Shown: piece by piece, positions 9,025 to 18,337 of the stretch
How positions within the stretch are numbered: position 1 is the first letter of the stretch
Layout: each line of letters opens with the position of its first letter
Origin: Candidatus Poribacteria bacterium
GTDB taxonomy: Bacteria; Poribacteria; WGA-4E; UBA9662
Assembly: GCA_046582655.1 (NCBI GenBank)
Contig: JAYGDX010000368.1
Span: forward strand, 1-36,404
Length of the DNA: 36,404 nucleotides
Reading direction: 5' to 3'
The notes under the pieces: model-generated
The model's input: only the letters and a program-made list of their open reading frames with translations
The model's database searches: none
Told to the model about the DNA's origin: nothing
Program-made: the position numbers and the translations under genes

Positions 9025-10695
9025 CTACTCCGACTCGGTGATTGTCAGGAATTGATTCACCTCGACATTTTCCAGAGTTTGAACAATTCCGCTAGGCCAA
9101 TTAACTTGAACAAAATCTATCCTATTTTTCTTTCCTAAACCGAATAGAAGCCTTTTATCGCTTCCTGATGCGTAGCAGGAGCCGCTCTTGACTTCTCTCA
9201 TTTGCTTTACACCATCACATGATATTTGAACGCGGGCTTGAATTCCATCCCGGTTACTTTGTCTACCTACCAGCTTGATCTGAATCCAATTGTTATGATT
9301 TCCTCCTTCATTGCGAAGCAAAATTGCTTCTTGATTGGAGTTGACTACGAAAATATCAATATCCCCATCGTTGTCATAATCACCAGTTGCTGTTGCACGC
9401 CCAACGTGTCTCTCTGAGAAGTAACTATCGGGGAATAATGATGAAATGTCTGTGAACGTACCGTTTCCGTTGTTTTGATATAGTTGATCGCTTTGCGCGT
9501 ATGTCTTAGTAACTTCCAACGATTCAATGATATCTTGGAAGTGTCCATTAGCAATGAATATGTCCAGATCCCCATCATTGTCGTAGTCTAGGAAAGATGG
9601 ACTGAATCCAACTAAAAGGTGAGTGGGTTCGCCAAGGCCAGCTGCCACAGTTTCGTCAGTGAAAGTCCCATCGCCATTATTTTGATAGAGTGTGTTAATC
9701 TCCGTACACACGACAAACAGATCCAGCCACCCATCGTTATTGTAGTCGCCACAATCAACGCCCATTGAACTTTTTGCCAGGCCATTTTCATCATAAGCCG
9801 CACCTGCCAGCAAAGCCACATCAGTAAAAGTTCCATCGCCATTGTTATGATACAAAAAATCGCGGCATGTATCATTGGTAACATAAATATCAGGGAAACT
9901 ATCGTTGTCAAAATCAGCTGCAATGCCTCCCATTCCCTTACCTTCAACAGGATTAGATAGACCTGCTTCGCCCGTAATATCAGTAAATGTGCCGTCGTTA
10001 TTGTTCCGATAGAGTATATCTGCAGTACCTTTGAAGAGGCGAGGCGTAGAATATCCTATCAAACCATTGTAGGTCGAAGGCACATCAGAAAAGTCATATT
10101 CAAGATAATTGATAACAGCGATATCTAGATCCCCATCATTATCAAAGTCTAAAAATGTGCAAGAAATACCCCATAGATTATTTCCGACACCTGCTTGATC
10201 TGTAACATCCGAAAACGTGCCATCATTATTGTTAGCGTACAGGATATTTGGTCCGAAATTAACCAGGTATAGATCTTGATCCCCATCATTATCATAATCG
10301 GCGGCAGCGGTTCCCATACCGAAACCCGTATCACCAACACCAGCGATTTCTGTCACATCGGTGAAAGTGCCATCATTGTTATTTCGGTAAAGTGCATTTG
10401 AAGGCGACCTCTCTTTTGAGGTTCCTGGCATATATCCGGTGTTGACAACGTAAACATCAATATTCCCGTCGTTGTCATAATCGAAAAATACCGCGCCTGC
10501 CCCCATCGTCTCGAGGTAATATTTTCTGTCGCTGGCACCCGATGTGTGTTTGAAGTTAATCTTTGATTCTTCTGTCACATCAGTGAATGGGACGGGAGTT
10601 CCCAACAAGGAAAAGGTCAAGTGAAAAAGTGGCAGGATCAGCAAATTAGATAAAAAACTATTTTTATTCTTTGGTTTCAATACTATCTTTGTCAT
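9025..10695 (-). CDS. CRTAC1-family protein (FG-GAP/VCBS repeats plus ASPIC/UnbV domain), probably secreted
   Basis: Repeated DYDNDGDxD and LYxNNxDGTFTDVT units; C-terminal NRDGIQARV..LFGLG..VNWPSG; hydrophobic N-terminus. Confidence 0.92.
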   Translation of the reverse strand: MTKIVLKPKNKNSFLSNLLILPLFHLTFSLLGTPVPFTDVTEESKINFKHTSGASDRKYYLETMGAGAVFFDYDNDGNIDVYVVNTGYMPGTSKERSPSNALYRNNNDGTFTDVTEIAGVGDTGFGMGTAAADYDNDGDQDLYLVNFGPNILYANNNDGTFSDVTDQAGVGNNLWGISCTFLDFDNDGDLDIAVINYLEYDFSDVPSTYNGLIGYSTPRLFKGTADILYRNNNDGTFTDITGEAGLSNPVEGKGMGGIAADFDNDSFPDIYVTNDTCRDFLYHNNGDGTFTDVALLAGAAYDENGLAKSSMGVDCGDYNNDGWLDLFVVCTEINTLYQNNGDGTFTDETVAAGLGEPTHLLVGFSPSFLDYDNDGDLDIFIANGHFQDIIESLEVTKTYAQSDQLYQNNGNGTFTDISSLFPDSYFSERHVGRATATGDYDNDGDIDIFVVNSNQEAILLRNEGGNHNNWIQIKLVGRQSNRDGIQARVQISCDGVKQMREVKSGSCYASGSDKRLLFGLGKKNRIDFVQVNWPSGIVQTLENVEVNQFLTITESE

Positions 10696-10703
10696 ATAAT
10701 TAT

Positions 10704-10731
10704 TTGCATTGAGTTCTTATTATGATACAAT
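10704..10731 (+). promoter_or_regulatory. Putative sigma70 promoter for the LamG pair
   Basis: TTGCAT (10704-10709), 16-bp spacer, TACAAT (10726-10731) preceded by TGn. Confidence 0.45.
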
Positions 10732-10839
10732 CAGGCTCGAAATTTATGTTGCAGTTGAGTCAAGTTGGATTTAGAATGATTATATTCTATCATTGCCAAG
10801 TTTGGTATAAACATCTAAAAGCCTAAAGGAGTGGTTGTA

Positions 10840-11613
10840 ATGAAGCAATTCGCTTTTTGTCTGATAGCCATATTTATTTTTGGAACGATACTGACGGTTT
10901 CTGCCGCTGTACCTAAGGATTTAATGATTTATCTTCCTTTTGATGAAAAAAGTGGAACGACAGCCAAGGATTTGTCGGATAGTAAGTATGTAGGCAAACT
11001 AAAAGATGGCGCTAAGTTTGTAGGTGGAAAAGTTAATAATGGTGTGGAGATGGTGGGTGGGAAATCTGTTGTCACGGTGGAGGATTTCAACCTGGCACCA
11101 TTGAAGGGAACCAATCAAATTACTATTGGTGCTTGGTTTAAAGTAATCAAACACAATCAATGGGATGGTGTGGTTTCTATCGAGGCTGAAGGAGGAGACT
11201 GTTGTGAATTTCGTCTCATGCTGAATCAAGACGCTGCTCCTAAACCCTTTTGGAATATGGGGCATCACAAGGATCGAACCGGTAAATTTGTGTTTGCTAT
11301 GAACCGTTGGTACCACTATGCCATGACTTATGATGGCAAAAAAGCTCGTATCTATGTCGATGGTAAAGAAACAGAAAGTTCAGATGAAAATGTGAAGTTG
11401 CCGACAGGAAAAGGCCTTTTTATGGTTGGGGCCGGGGAAAAGCCGGGAACCTGGGCCATGGAAAGTGGTATCATCGACGAAGTTTTTGTCTCTAATCGAC
11501 AGTTGAAAGCAGATGAAATTGGAAAAATTATGAAGGAAGGATTAGTAACTACGGCTGTGGCTCCCAAGGATAAATTGACCGCTATGTGGAGTGACATAAA
11601 ACGCAGTCGCTAG
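10840..11613 (+). CDS. Secreted LamG/concanavalin A-like jelly-roll domain protein, copy 1
   Basis: Signal peptide, YLPFDEKSG..AKDLS, ITIGAWFK, WYHYAMTYDG, IYVDG, GIIDEVFV; AAGGAG at 10826-10831 before ATG 10840; tail AVAPKDKLTAMWSDIK. Confidence 0.9.
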   Translation: MKQFAFCLIAIFIFGTILTVSAAVPKDLMIYLPFDEKSGTTAKDLSDSKYVGKLKDGAKFVGGKVNNGVEMVGGKSVVTVEDFNLAPLKGTNQITIGAWFKVIKHNQWDGVVSIEAEGGDCCEFRLMLNQDAAPKPFWNMGHHKDRTGKFVFAMNRWYHYAMTYDGKKARIYVDGKETESSDENVKLPTGKGLFMVGAGEKPGTWAMESGIIDEVFVSNRQLKADEIGKIMKEGLVTTAVAPKDKLTAMWSDIKRSR

Positions 11614-11658
11614 TTCTTGCCGTTCATATTCTTCAAGTCATAAAAACGAGGAGAAATC

Positions 11659-12444
11659 ATGAGGAATTTTGTTTTAGCCGTAATTGTTGCCAGTCTCGTA
11701 TTTGGGTTAGGTATAAGTGTATCGGCCCAAAAAGCACCTAAAGGATTGATGCTTTATCTCTCTTTTGATGAAGGAAAAGGGGATACCTCCAAAGATTTGT
11801 CTGGAAACGGATATGAAGCCAAGCTTCTTAATGGGGCTAAGTTTTCTAAGAAAGGAGCCCCCAATTATGGATCGGGTGTAGAGATGAAGGGCGGCAATTC
11901 TGTGGCCACGGTAGAAGCGTTCGACCTTAAACCGGTAAAAATCACCAATGAAATTACCATTGGTGCTTGGTTTAATGTCGTAGAACACAACCAGTGGGAC
12001 GGGATTGTTTCTATCGAGATCCCTGGTGGTGACTGTTGTGAATACCGTATGATGTTGAATCAAGATGCAGCGCCAAAGACTTTTTGGAACATGGGGCACC
12101 ATGCCGATAAAACCGGCAATTTCGTGTTTGATTTAAAGAAGTGGTATCATTATGCCATGACCTACGATGGTAAAAACGCGTTGATTTACGTGGATGGTAA
12201 AAAGGTTGATGAGTCCGCTGAAGGAATTAAACTGCCGACTGAGCCAGGGCTTTTGATGGTTGGGGCTGGGGAAGCACCGGGGACCTGGGCCATGGAAGGT
12301 GGTGTTATTGATGAGGTTTTTGTCGTCGATCGCGAATTAAAATCCGATGAACTCAAAGATATTATGAAAAAAGGTGTCATCATGGCTGTTGATCCTAAAA
12401 AGAAGTTAGCAATAACTTGGGGGACTGTCAAAACGGAGTATTAG
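11659..12444 (+). CDS. Secreted LamG/concanavalin A-like jelly-roll domain protein, copy 2
   Basis: Close paralog of 10840-11613; GAGGAG RBS; tail AVDPKKKLAITWGTVK. Confidence 0.9.
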   Translation: MRNFVLAVIVASLVFGLGISVSAQKAPKGLMLYLSFDEGKGDTSKDLSGNGYEAKLLNGAKFSKKGAPNYGSGVEMKGGNSVATVEAFDLKPVKITNEITIGAWFNVVEHNQWDGIVSIEIPGGDCCEYRMMLNQDAAPKTFWNMGHHADKTGNFVFDLKKWYHYAMTYDGKNALIYVDGKKVDESAEGIKLPTEPGLLMVGAGEAPGTWAMEGGVIDEVFVVDRELKSDELKDIMKKGVIMAVDPKKKLAITWGTVKTEY

Positions 12445-12505
12445 CACAGCACCTGAAGTTCTAGTGATAAGTGGCAATTCCTCAAAACATGAGTTGTCAC
12501 TTATC

Positions 12506-14977
12506 CTATCTGTTGACCAGTTGCTGGAATTCAGGGATTTTTTGTATAATTCCTGAGCCTTCCGATTTTGCTACTTCCCGAAACCTCCCTTCCAAAGAGA
12601 AAGCCGCTTCAAGTTGTTTCAAGCCCTTTTCTATCTGTTGCGTTTGGAGATAGGCCAAGCCCAAATGGTAGTGTACAGCGGCAACCCCTTTTTGCAGTTT
12701 GGTTGCTTCTTCCAGAATAGTAATTGCATCGATATATTTTTTTCGTTTGTAAAGTACCCAACCTAGCGTATCATAGAAAACAACATTATCCGGTTGGCGT
12801 CTGACTGTTTCCTCTGCCAGCAGTTCTGCTTCAGATAATCTCATCCCTAAGTTGGCAAAATTCTTGGCTTTAACGTGGTTTAAGCTGACTGTTGCCGTAT
12901 TTTGTACGTTTTCGTTCTGTTCGTCCTTGGCTAAACGCTCCAGTTCAGAAATTGACCGAACATCACCGACTTGTCCTAAGACAAACGCCACCACACCACG
13001 AACTCTCCAATCTTTGTCTCTTAGTGATGAGATTAGCGACTCCAATACCTGGTTATCATCTCCGAATCTGCCCAGAGCAAAAGCTGCTAATCTTCGAACG
13101 CGTTCATCTTTATCCGTCAATGCAACCAGTAACGGCTCCACCATGCGTTTGTCACCAAGCTGTCCCAAGGCCAGCGCTGCGTATAGACGTACACCAGCAT
13201 CTTCATCTGAAAGAGCAGCAAACAACGGATCGATAGCTTTTTTGTCACTAAGTTGTCCCAAGGCGCTAGCTGCCAATCGACGTAGGCCTTCATCTTGATC
13301 CGAAAGAGCTCCAATCAATGGCTTAACAGCTCGTTTATCACCAAGTTCAGCTAAAGCACCAGCTGCTAACCGACGAAGTCTCTCATCCTGATCCGAAAGA
13401 GCCTCAATCAGCGGTTCGATTGCTCGCTCATCGCCCAGACGTCCTAAAGCTAAAACAGCTGCATAGTGAATTTGTTTTTCGTCATCGGAAAGGGTTGTCA
13501 CCAGCGCTGCCAAAGCTCGCTCATCGCCAAGTAATCTCAAGGCGAGTGCAGCTTCATAGCGAACATTCGGCTCTTCATCCGTTAAGGCAATAATTAGCGG
13601 TTCGGTTGCTTTTTTATCACCAAGTTCTCCTAACGCGCTAGCTGCTAAACCACGGGTAAAACTATCCTTATTCTTGTTTTGAACTACAGTCAGCAGTGGA
13701 TCGACAGCAGATTGGCCAAATTGAGCTAGCGCAGTCGCAGCATTGGATCGGACAATCCCCTCTGTATCTTCAAGTGCAGAGATTAGCGGTTTAAGAGCGA
13801 CTTGAGCACCAAGTTGTCCTAAAGCTTTGGCAGCATCGGATCGAACAAGATGATTATGGTTCTTCAAAGCGGAAATCAACGGTTCGATCACTCGGCTATC
13901 ACCGAATTGAGCTAATGCACCAGCCGTGAGTCCACGAATATAGGCGTCCACTGACTCATTTTTTAGTATTGCGATCAATGGCTCAATCGCACGTTTATCA
14001 CCAAGTTGTACTAAAGATCGAACGATATTGGACTGGACATTTTTCTCTACATGATGAAAAGCAGAGATCAAAGGTTCAACTGCACGATGATCATCCAGAC
14101 GTCCTAAGGCCAAAGTTGCATAAGACTGGACTAAGCTGTTCTTGTCCTTGAGCGAAGCTATCAACGGTTCAACCGCGCGTGCATCACCGAATTGTGTCAT
14201 GGCTTCGGCGGCATTTGAACGCACAAGGTCATTTTCATCAGTTAGTCTATCTATGAGCGGTTCAACTGCACGTTCATCACCAAGTTGTGCTAAAGCTTTG
14301 ACAGCATTGGATCTAGTGAGGTGGTTCTGATTTGTTAAAGTGGAGATCAATGGGGTAATTGCACGCTCATCGCCTAATTTACCTAGCATCTCTATCGCCA
14401 TATTGCGAACTTGAATGTCCCCGCCAGTCAAGACCGTAATTAGAGGATTGACAGCCTGTTTTCTATCTAGTTGCACCAATGCAGTAACAGCTCTTCGGCG
14501 AAGCGAGCTTTTCTCTTCTTTATTATGTAAGACATTAACTAATGGTTCTAGCGCACGGATGTCACCGGATGCTGCCAAGGCATCAACTGCCAGACGGCGG
14601 ATACGGACGTCCTGATCTACTAAGACCCTAATTAATGGATCAACAATGCGTTTGTCCCGAATGTTGCCCAAAGCTTCAACAACCAGACGACGCACAATAG
14701 GATCGTTAATGTTGAGAGTGTCAATCAACGGTTCAATAGCTAGGGACCCTAACTTTGCCAAAACAGAAGCCGCATGCTTTCGGGTATAACTATTCTTACT
14801 TTTATCTTTGATGACAGCGATCAACGGTTTAACAGCACGTTTATCCCCCATTTCACCCAATTTAAGAACGCTATTCAAGTCAGTAGTTTGGTTAGTTTTT
14901 TCCTGTGCGATGGCGAAGCTAAAATATCCTAGGATTGTGATGAAGATAACAATGGCAATGTGCGTTTTTATCTGCAT
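12506..14977 (-). CDS. Exported HEAT (PBS-lyase-like) repeat protein with C-terminal TPRs
   Basis: Signal-peptide-like N-terminus ending AIA-QE; about 20 repeats of about 31 aa (VRxxAAxALGxLGDxRAIEPLIxAL); TPRs YDTLGWVLYK and HYHLGLAY. Confidence 0.9.
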   Translation of the reverse strand: MQIKTHIAIVIFITILGYFSFAIAQEKTNQTTDLNSVLKLGEMGDKRAVKPLIAVIKDKSKNSYTRKHAASVLAKLGSLAIEPLIDTLNINDPIVRRLVVEALGNIRDKRIVDPLIRVLVDQDVRIRRLAVDALAASGDIRALEPLVNVLHNKEEKSSLRRRAVTALVQLDRKQAVNPLITVLTGGDIQVRNMAIEMLGKLGDERAITPLISTLTNQNHLTRSNAVKALAQLGDERAVEPLIDRLTDENDLVRSNAAEAMTQFGDARAVEPLIASLKDKNSLVQSYATLALGRLDDHRAVEPLISAFHHVEKNVQSNIVRSLVQLGDKRAIEPLIAILKNESVDAYIRGLTAGALAQFGDSRVIEPLISALKNHNHLVRSDAAKALGQLGAQVALKPLISALEDTEGIVRSNAATALAQFGQSAVDPLLTVVQNKNKDSFTRGLAASALGELGDKKATEPLIIALTDEEPNVRYEAALALRLLGDERALAALVTTLSDDEKQIHYAAVLALGRLGDERAIEPLIEALSDQDERLRRLAAGALAELGDKRAVKPLIGALSDQDEGLRRLAASALGQLSDKKAIDPLFAALSDEDAGVRLYAALALGQLGDKRMVEPLLVALTDKDERVRRLAAFALGRFGDDNQVLESLISSLRDKDWRVRGVVAFVLGQVGDVRSISELERLAKDEQNENVQNTATVSLNHVKAKNFANLGMRLSEAELLAEETVRRQPDNVVFYDTLGWVLYKRKKYIDAITILEEATKLQKGVAAVHYHLGLAYLQTQQIEKGLKQLEAAFSLEGRFREVAKSEGSGIIQKIPEFQQLVNR

Positions 14978-15039
14978 TTTCTTTTCGTTTATGGTAAATG
15001 ATCTTTTTCTGGCATATGGGATGCTTTTAATACTTTCTT

Positions 15040-16371
15040 CTAGGAAGAGATCATAGATCTTGGTTTTTTATAGATTCCTTCTTTTTGCAGAATATCAGCT
15101 GCAATTGTATAGGTTGTTGGGTGCATGGCAATAACTACCAATCCAAGGCCTTCTGCTAGATAACCGCCCATATATAGATTCGGAATGTTGTTAACTTCGG
15201 AACTATAAGGTTTCGTCTCGACTTGGTGTACTTGAAAACGGTAGTTATCATATTTCTCTTTTAACCTCAACGCAGGAAATCCATTGAACAGAGAATAATC
15301 AGCAATCCCTCCAATTTCTATAACCACGTGATCTACATCTATCAATTCTTGATGTCCATTGCTGTTTACTGTTACTAAACCATTCCTCGATTTATCTTCA
15401 ATCTTTTGAAGATGACTATTATAAAGCGTTTGGAATCGTGGATCTTGACTTTTAATAATTTCAGCAATGCGTGCGTAGTAGGGAAGGCCATCACGGCTAT
15501 CGCTAATGAGCCGCCAGTGTCGCTCAAGCGATTGGCGCATGACATAGTGAACCTGCTTCTGGGCATCATAAAGCTCTGTTGCAGCCCAATCTGCTGATCT
15601 GCCTCCACCAACAACAACGACTCGGTCCCCATCAAAATTCTCTGGCCGATCATAACGGTTCACTACAAATGGTAAGTTCTCACCGGGCACATTGAGCTTT
15701 CGCAAGATGCAACGTTGGCCAACAGCGTAAATCAGATATTTACAGGTATATTGATGAATTGTTTGGGTGCCAACGTCCTGACTGGTTAAGTGAAATCCTT
15801 GTTCGTGTGGTTCGATCCGCATGACTTTTTCGTGTGTGTGAATGTGATTGACTAGGTCAAATCGTTTAGGTATTTGGTGATAGTAACGGATTAAGTCTCT
15901 TTTGCAGATCAAATCGTTAACGCTAAGATTGATAGACTGTTCCTGGACATATTGGGCTAATGGATAAAATGCGAATTCCATCCATTGTCCCGGAGATAAA
16001 GTTAATAAATTTTCTGGAGCGTTATTCCAGAGGCCACCAACCTCTTCCTGAGTGATAAGTAGGTAATCTATGGGGTCTTCTTGGCGAAATTCGAGCGCGA
16101 TCTGGGATAGTTCTTGGAAAATCCTTCTTGGATGATGGAGCAGATGGAATAGATCAATTGGTGGAATGCCATTACGTGCCAGCTTTGAGAAATCCAGTTC
16201 CAGTAAAGTTGATTTGTGTGTACCCAAGAGTGTGGCAAGTTGTGGATAACGTTGGCTAAAAATGTGGCTCTCCCGATAGTAGGGATGCCACCCACCAAGT
16301 ACAGCGGCGATAGGAAGTCCGGCTGGGCCACCTCCAACGATAATGACAGTGTGATGTTCAGTTTTACGCAT
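15040..16371 (-). CDS. FAD/NAD(P)-dependent oxidoreductase, OSGIN-like flavin monooxygenase candidate
   Basis: Two Rossmann motifs (IIVGGGPAG, VVVVGGGRSA), GGLW..LLTLSPGQWM, and C-terminal NLYMGG. Start could be ATG 16371 or 16389. Confidence 0.8.
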   Translation of the reverse strand: MRKTEHHTVIIVGGGPAGLPIAAVLGGWHPYYRESHIFSQRYPQLATLLGTHKSTLLELDFSKLARNGIPPIDLFHLLHHPRRIFQELSQIALEFRQEDPIDYLLITQEEVGGLWNNAPENLLTLSPGQWMEFAFYPLAQYVQEQSINLSVNDLICKRDLIRYYHQIPKRFDLVNHIHTHEKVMRIEPHEQGFHLTSQDVGTQTIHQYTCKYLIYAVGQRCILRKLNVPGENLPFVVNRYDRPENFDGDRVVVVGGGRSADWAATELYDAQKQVHYVMRQSLERHWRLISDSRDGLPYYARIAEIIKSQDPRFQTLYNSHLQKIEDKSRNGLVTVNSNGHQELIDVDHVVIEIGGIADYSLFNGFPALRLKEKYDNYRFQVHQVETKPYSSEVNNIPNLYMGGYLAEGLGLVVIAMHPTTYTIAADILQKEGIYKKPRSMISS

Positions 16372-16525
16372 CTTGTTGGTCTGATTCATGATGGTGAAGA
16401 TAAAATTTATACGATTGACTGAAATCCAGATAAAGTTTATCCTTAATTATGAGCGGAAATTCGACTACGATTATATCTTTTCTGACTTGCAATTGCTAGG
16501 TCAGTTCAAGTCAAAGGATCTACTA

Positions 16526-17716
16526 ATGAAAAATGAGATTCATATTTCTGTTGGAATTAAAGATGCCGCGATTGTCGGATCGGATCACCGCGCGCTACAA
16601 GCTGCAGTGGATTATGTTGCTGCATTGGGCGGTGGAACAATCCACATTCAGCCAGGTACCTACCAGATGGAAGATTCACTTCACCTCAGATCAAATCTTA
16701 AGCTGATTGGGGATTCCGAACATACTATCCTCCGAAAAGGATCCGGCGTCATCTCGCCACTACTAACGGATGGTGACTATGGTGAGGAACAGGTTTCCTT
16801 AACGGATCCAACCGGTTTTGAAGTTGGAATCGGAATTAGCGTTTGCGACGATGCGTCCGGTGGATTTCATACGACCACAGCGACTATTATTGCCCAATTG
16901 GATCAAAACACTTTTGTTATTAATAAGCCGTTGCAAGCAGACTGTATGGTTTTTAGAAACGCTATCGCTAAAAATGCGTTTCCGATTATCAGTGCCAATT
17001 ATGCGGAAAATGTCGAGATTGAAGGACTGACAATCGATGGAAATAGGTCCGCCAATCAGCCTTTGAACGGTTGTCGAGGAGCAGGTATATTCTTTTATCG
17101 TGTTAATAATTCACAGATGAGTGATTGTGTAGTTCATGATTATAATGGAGATGGTTACAGTTTTCAGCAGAGCAATGACATTGTGATCGAAAATTGCCAG
17201 TCATACCATAATTCCAACTTGGGATTCCATCCTGGCAGTGGATCGCAGAGACCAGTTATTCGTAACAATACTGCTTATGAAAATGAAGGAGACGGGCTGT
17301 TTCTATGCTGGCGTGTTCGGCATGGGATCTTCGAAGGTAACGAGTTACGAAGTAACGGCCAATACGGGATCTCAATCGGTCACAAAGATTCTGATAACCT
17401 GCTAATAGATAACTTGGTTCTCAGTAATGCCAGTCATGGAATTTACTTCCGGAACGAACCTGAATGTACAGGAGGTCACCGAAACCGTTTAGAGGCTAAT
17501 GGGATTTACAATAACGGCACGCAAGGAGATGGGAATGGGATTACAATCGATGGAGAAACCAACGACATAGGGATTGTCAACAATTGGATCGGTAACAAAA
17601 CCGAATATGGTAATGCTACCCAACGCGTAGGAATTGTTGTTGGGCAAAAAGCCAAACGGATTGAAATCAGCGAAAATGAAATCACAGGTAATTTAGATGC
17701 AGATATTACCAGATAA
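16526..17716 (+). CDS. Right-handed parallel beta-helix (pectin lyase-like fold) protein
   Basis: ALQAAVDYVAALGGGTIHIQPGTY, IEGLTIDGN, Asn/Gly-rich beta-helix repeats, GFHPGSGS. ATG 16526 has AAGGA upstream; the track start at 16388 would overlap the divergent gene. Confidence 0.88.
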   Translation: MKNEIHISVGIKDAAIVGSDHRALQAAVDYVAALGGGTIHIQPGTYQMEDSLHLRSNLKLIGDSEHTILRKGSGVISPLLTDGDYGEEQVSLTDPTGFEVGIGISVCDDASGGFHTTTATIIAQLDQNTFVINKPLQADCMVFRNAIAKNAFPIISANYAENVEIEGLTIDGNRSANQPLNGCRGAGIFFYRVNNSQMSDCVVHDYNGDGYSFQQSNDIVIENCQSYHNSNLGFHPGSGSQRPVIRNNTAYENEGDGLFLCWRVRHGIFEGNELRSNGQYGISIGHKDSDNLLIDNLVLSNASHGIYFRNEPECTGGHRNRLEANGIYNNGTQGDGNGITIDGETNDIGIVNNWIGNKTEYGNATQRVGIVVGQKAKRIEISENEITGNLDADITR

Positions 17717-18337
17717 TTAACTTTCACTACCATTTTTCAAGTTGGATTTCCTGATGTTTAGATTGGTGTTCTGCTACTAGAAAGCAAAACAAATTCCTGT
17801 AGATGGCAACTCTGACAATTACCAACAGCCCAAGCACTTCATGTTCTTGACTCAAAAATGGCTCTCGACACTACTGGCCCTATAAAATGATCCATAGGCA
17901 CAAGAGATTTGAGTTTGGGTTTGACGAGGTGTTAGGCTTCAGATTATCTGTTTGAAGGAAACCATCGCACAGGCCAGAAAGAGAAACAACGAAATTCAGG
18001 TTAGCAGTGATTTAGATGCCGTATTGGTTAAAGTATATTCAGAATAGACCTAACGGTAACCAACATGATTGAACTATGGTAGAATTCGCTAAAGAATATC
18101 TACTAGTATTGGAACAACCTCTAGAATTTGTATAAGGTGTATGTGGGAGTTGTTGATAAGAACAATGGGTTATGAGTGTACGATTTACCTCGGCTTTGGG
18201 GGTCCAATCTTAGGGTCTTCTATTTTGAACAAGGTAAATGTAAATTGGCAAAATAGCTCTCGAAGTTAACCCACAAATGAAGGCGCTCATAAAGGCTTGA
18301 ACGATGCTCAGACTATCCGGAAATGCGAATCGCTAAA

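Noticed and set aside
12852..14615. Antisense and alternate-frame ORFs inside the HEAT gene (likewise in the LamG, CRTAC1 and adaptor genes)
   Set aside because: Shadow ORFs fully overlapping well-supported genes, with no independent motifs.
16388..16525. N-terminal 46 aa of the beta-helix ORF as given in the track
   Set aside because: It would overlap the divergent gene start and leave no promoter space; ATG 16526 has an RBS and begins the recognisable domain.
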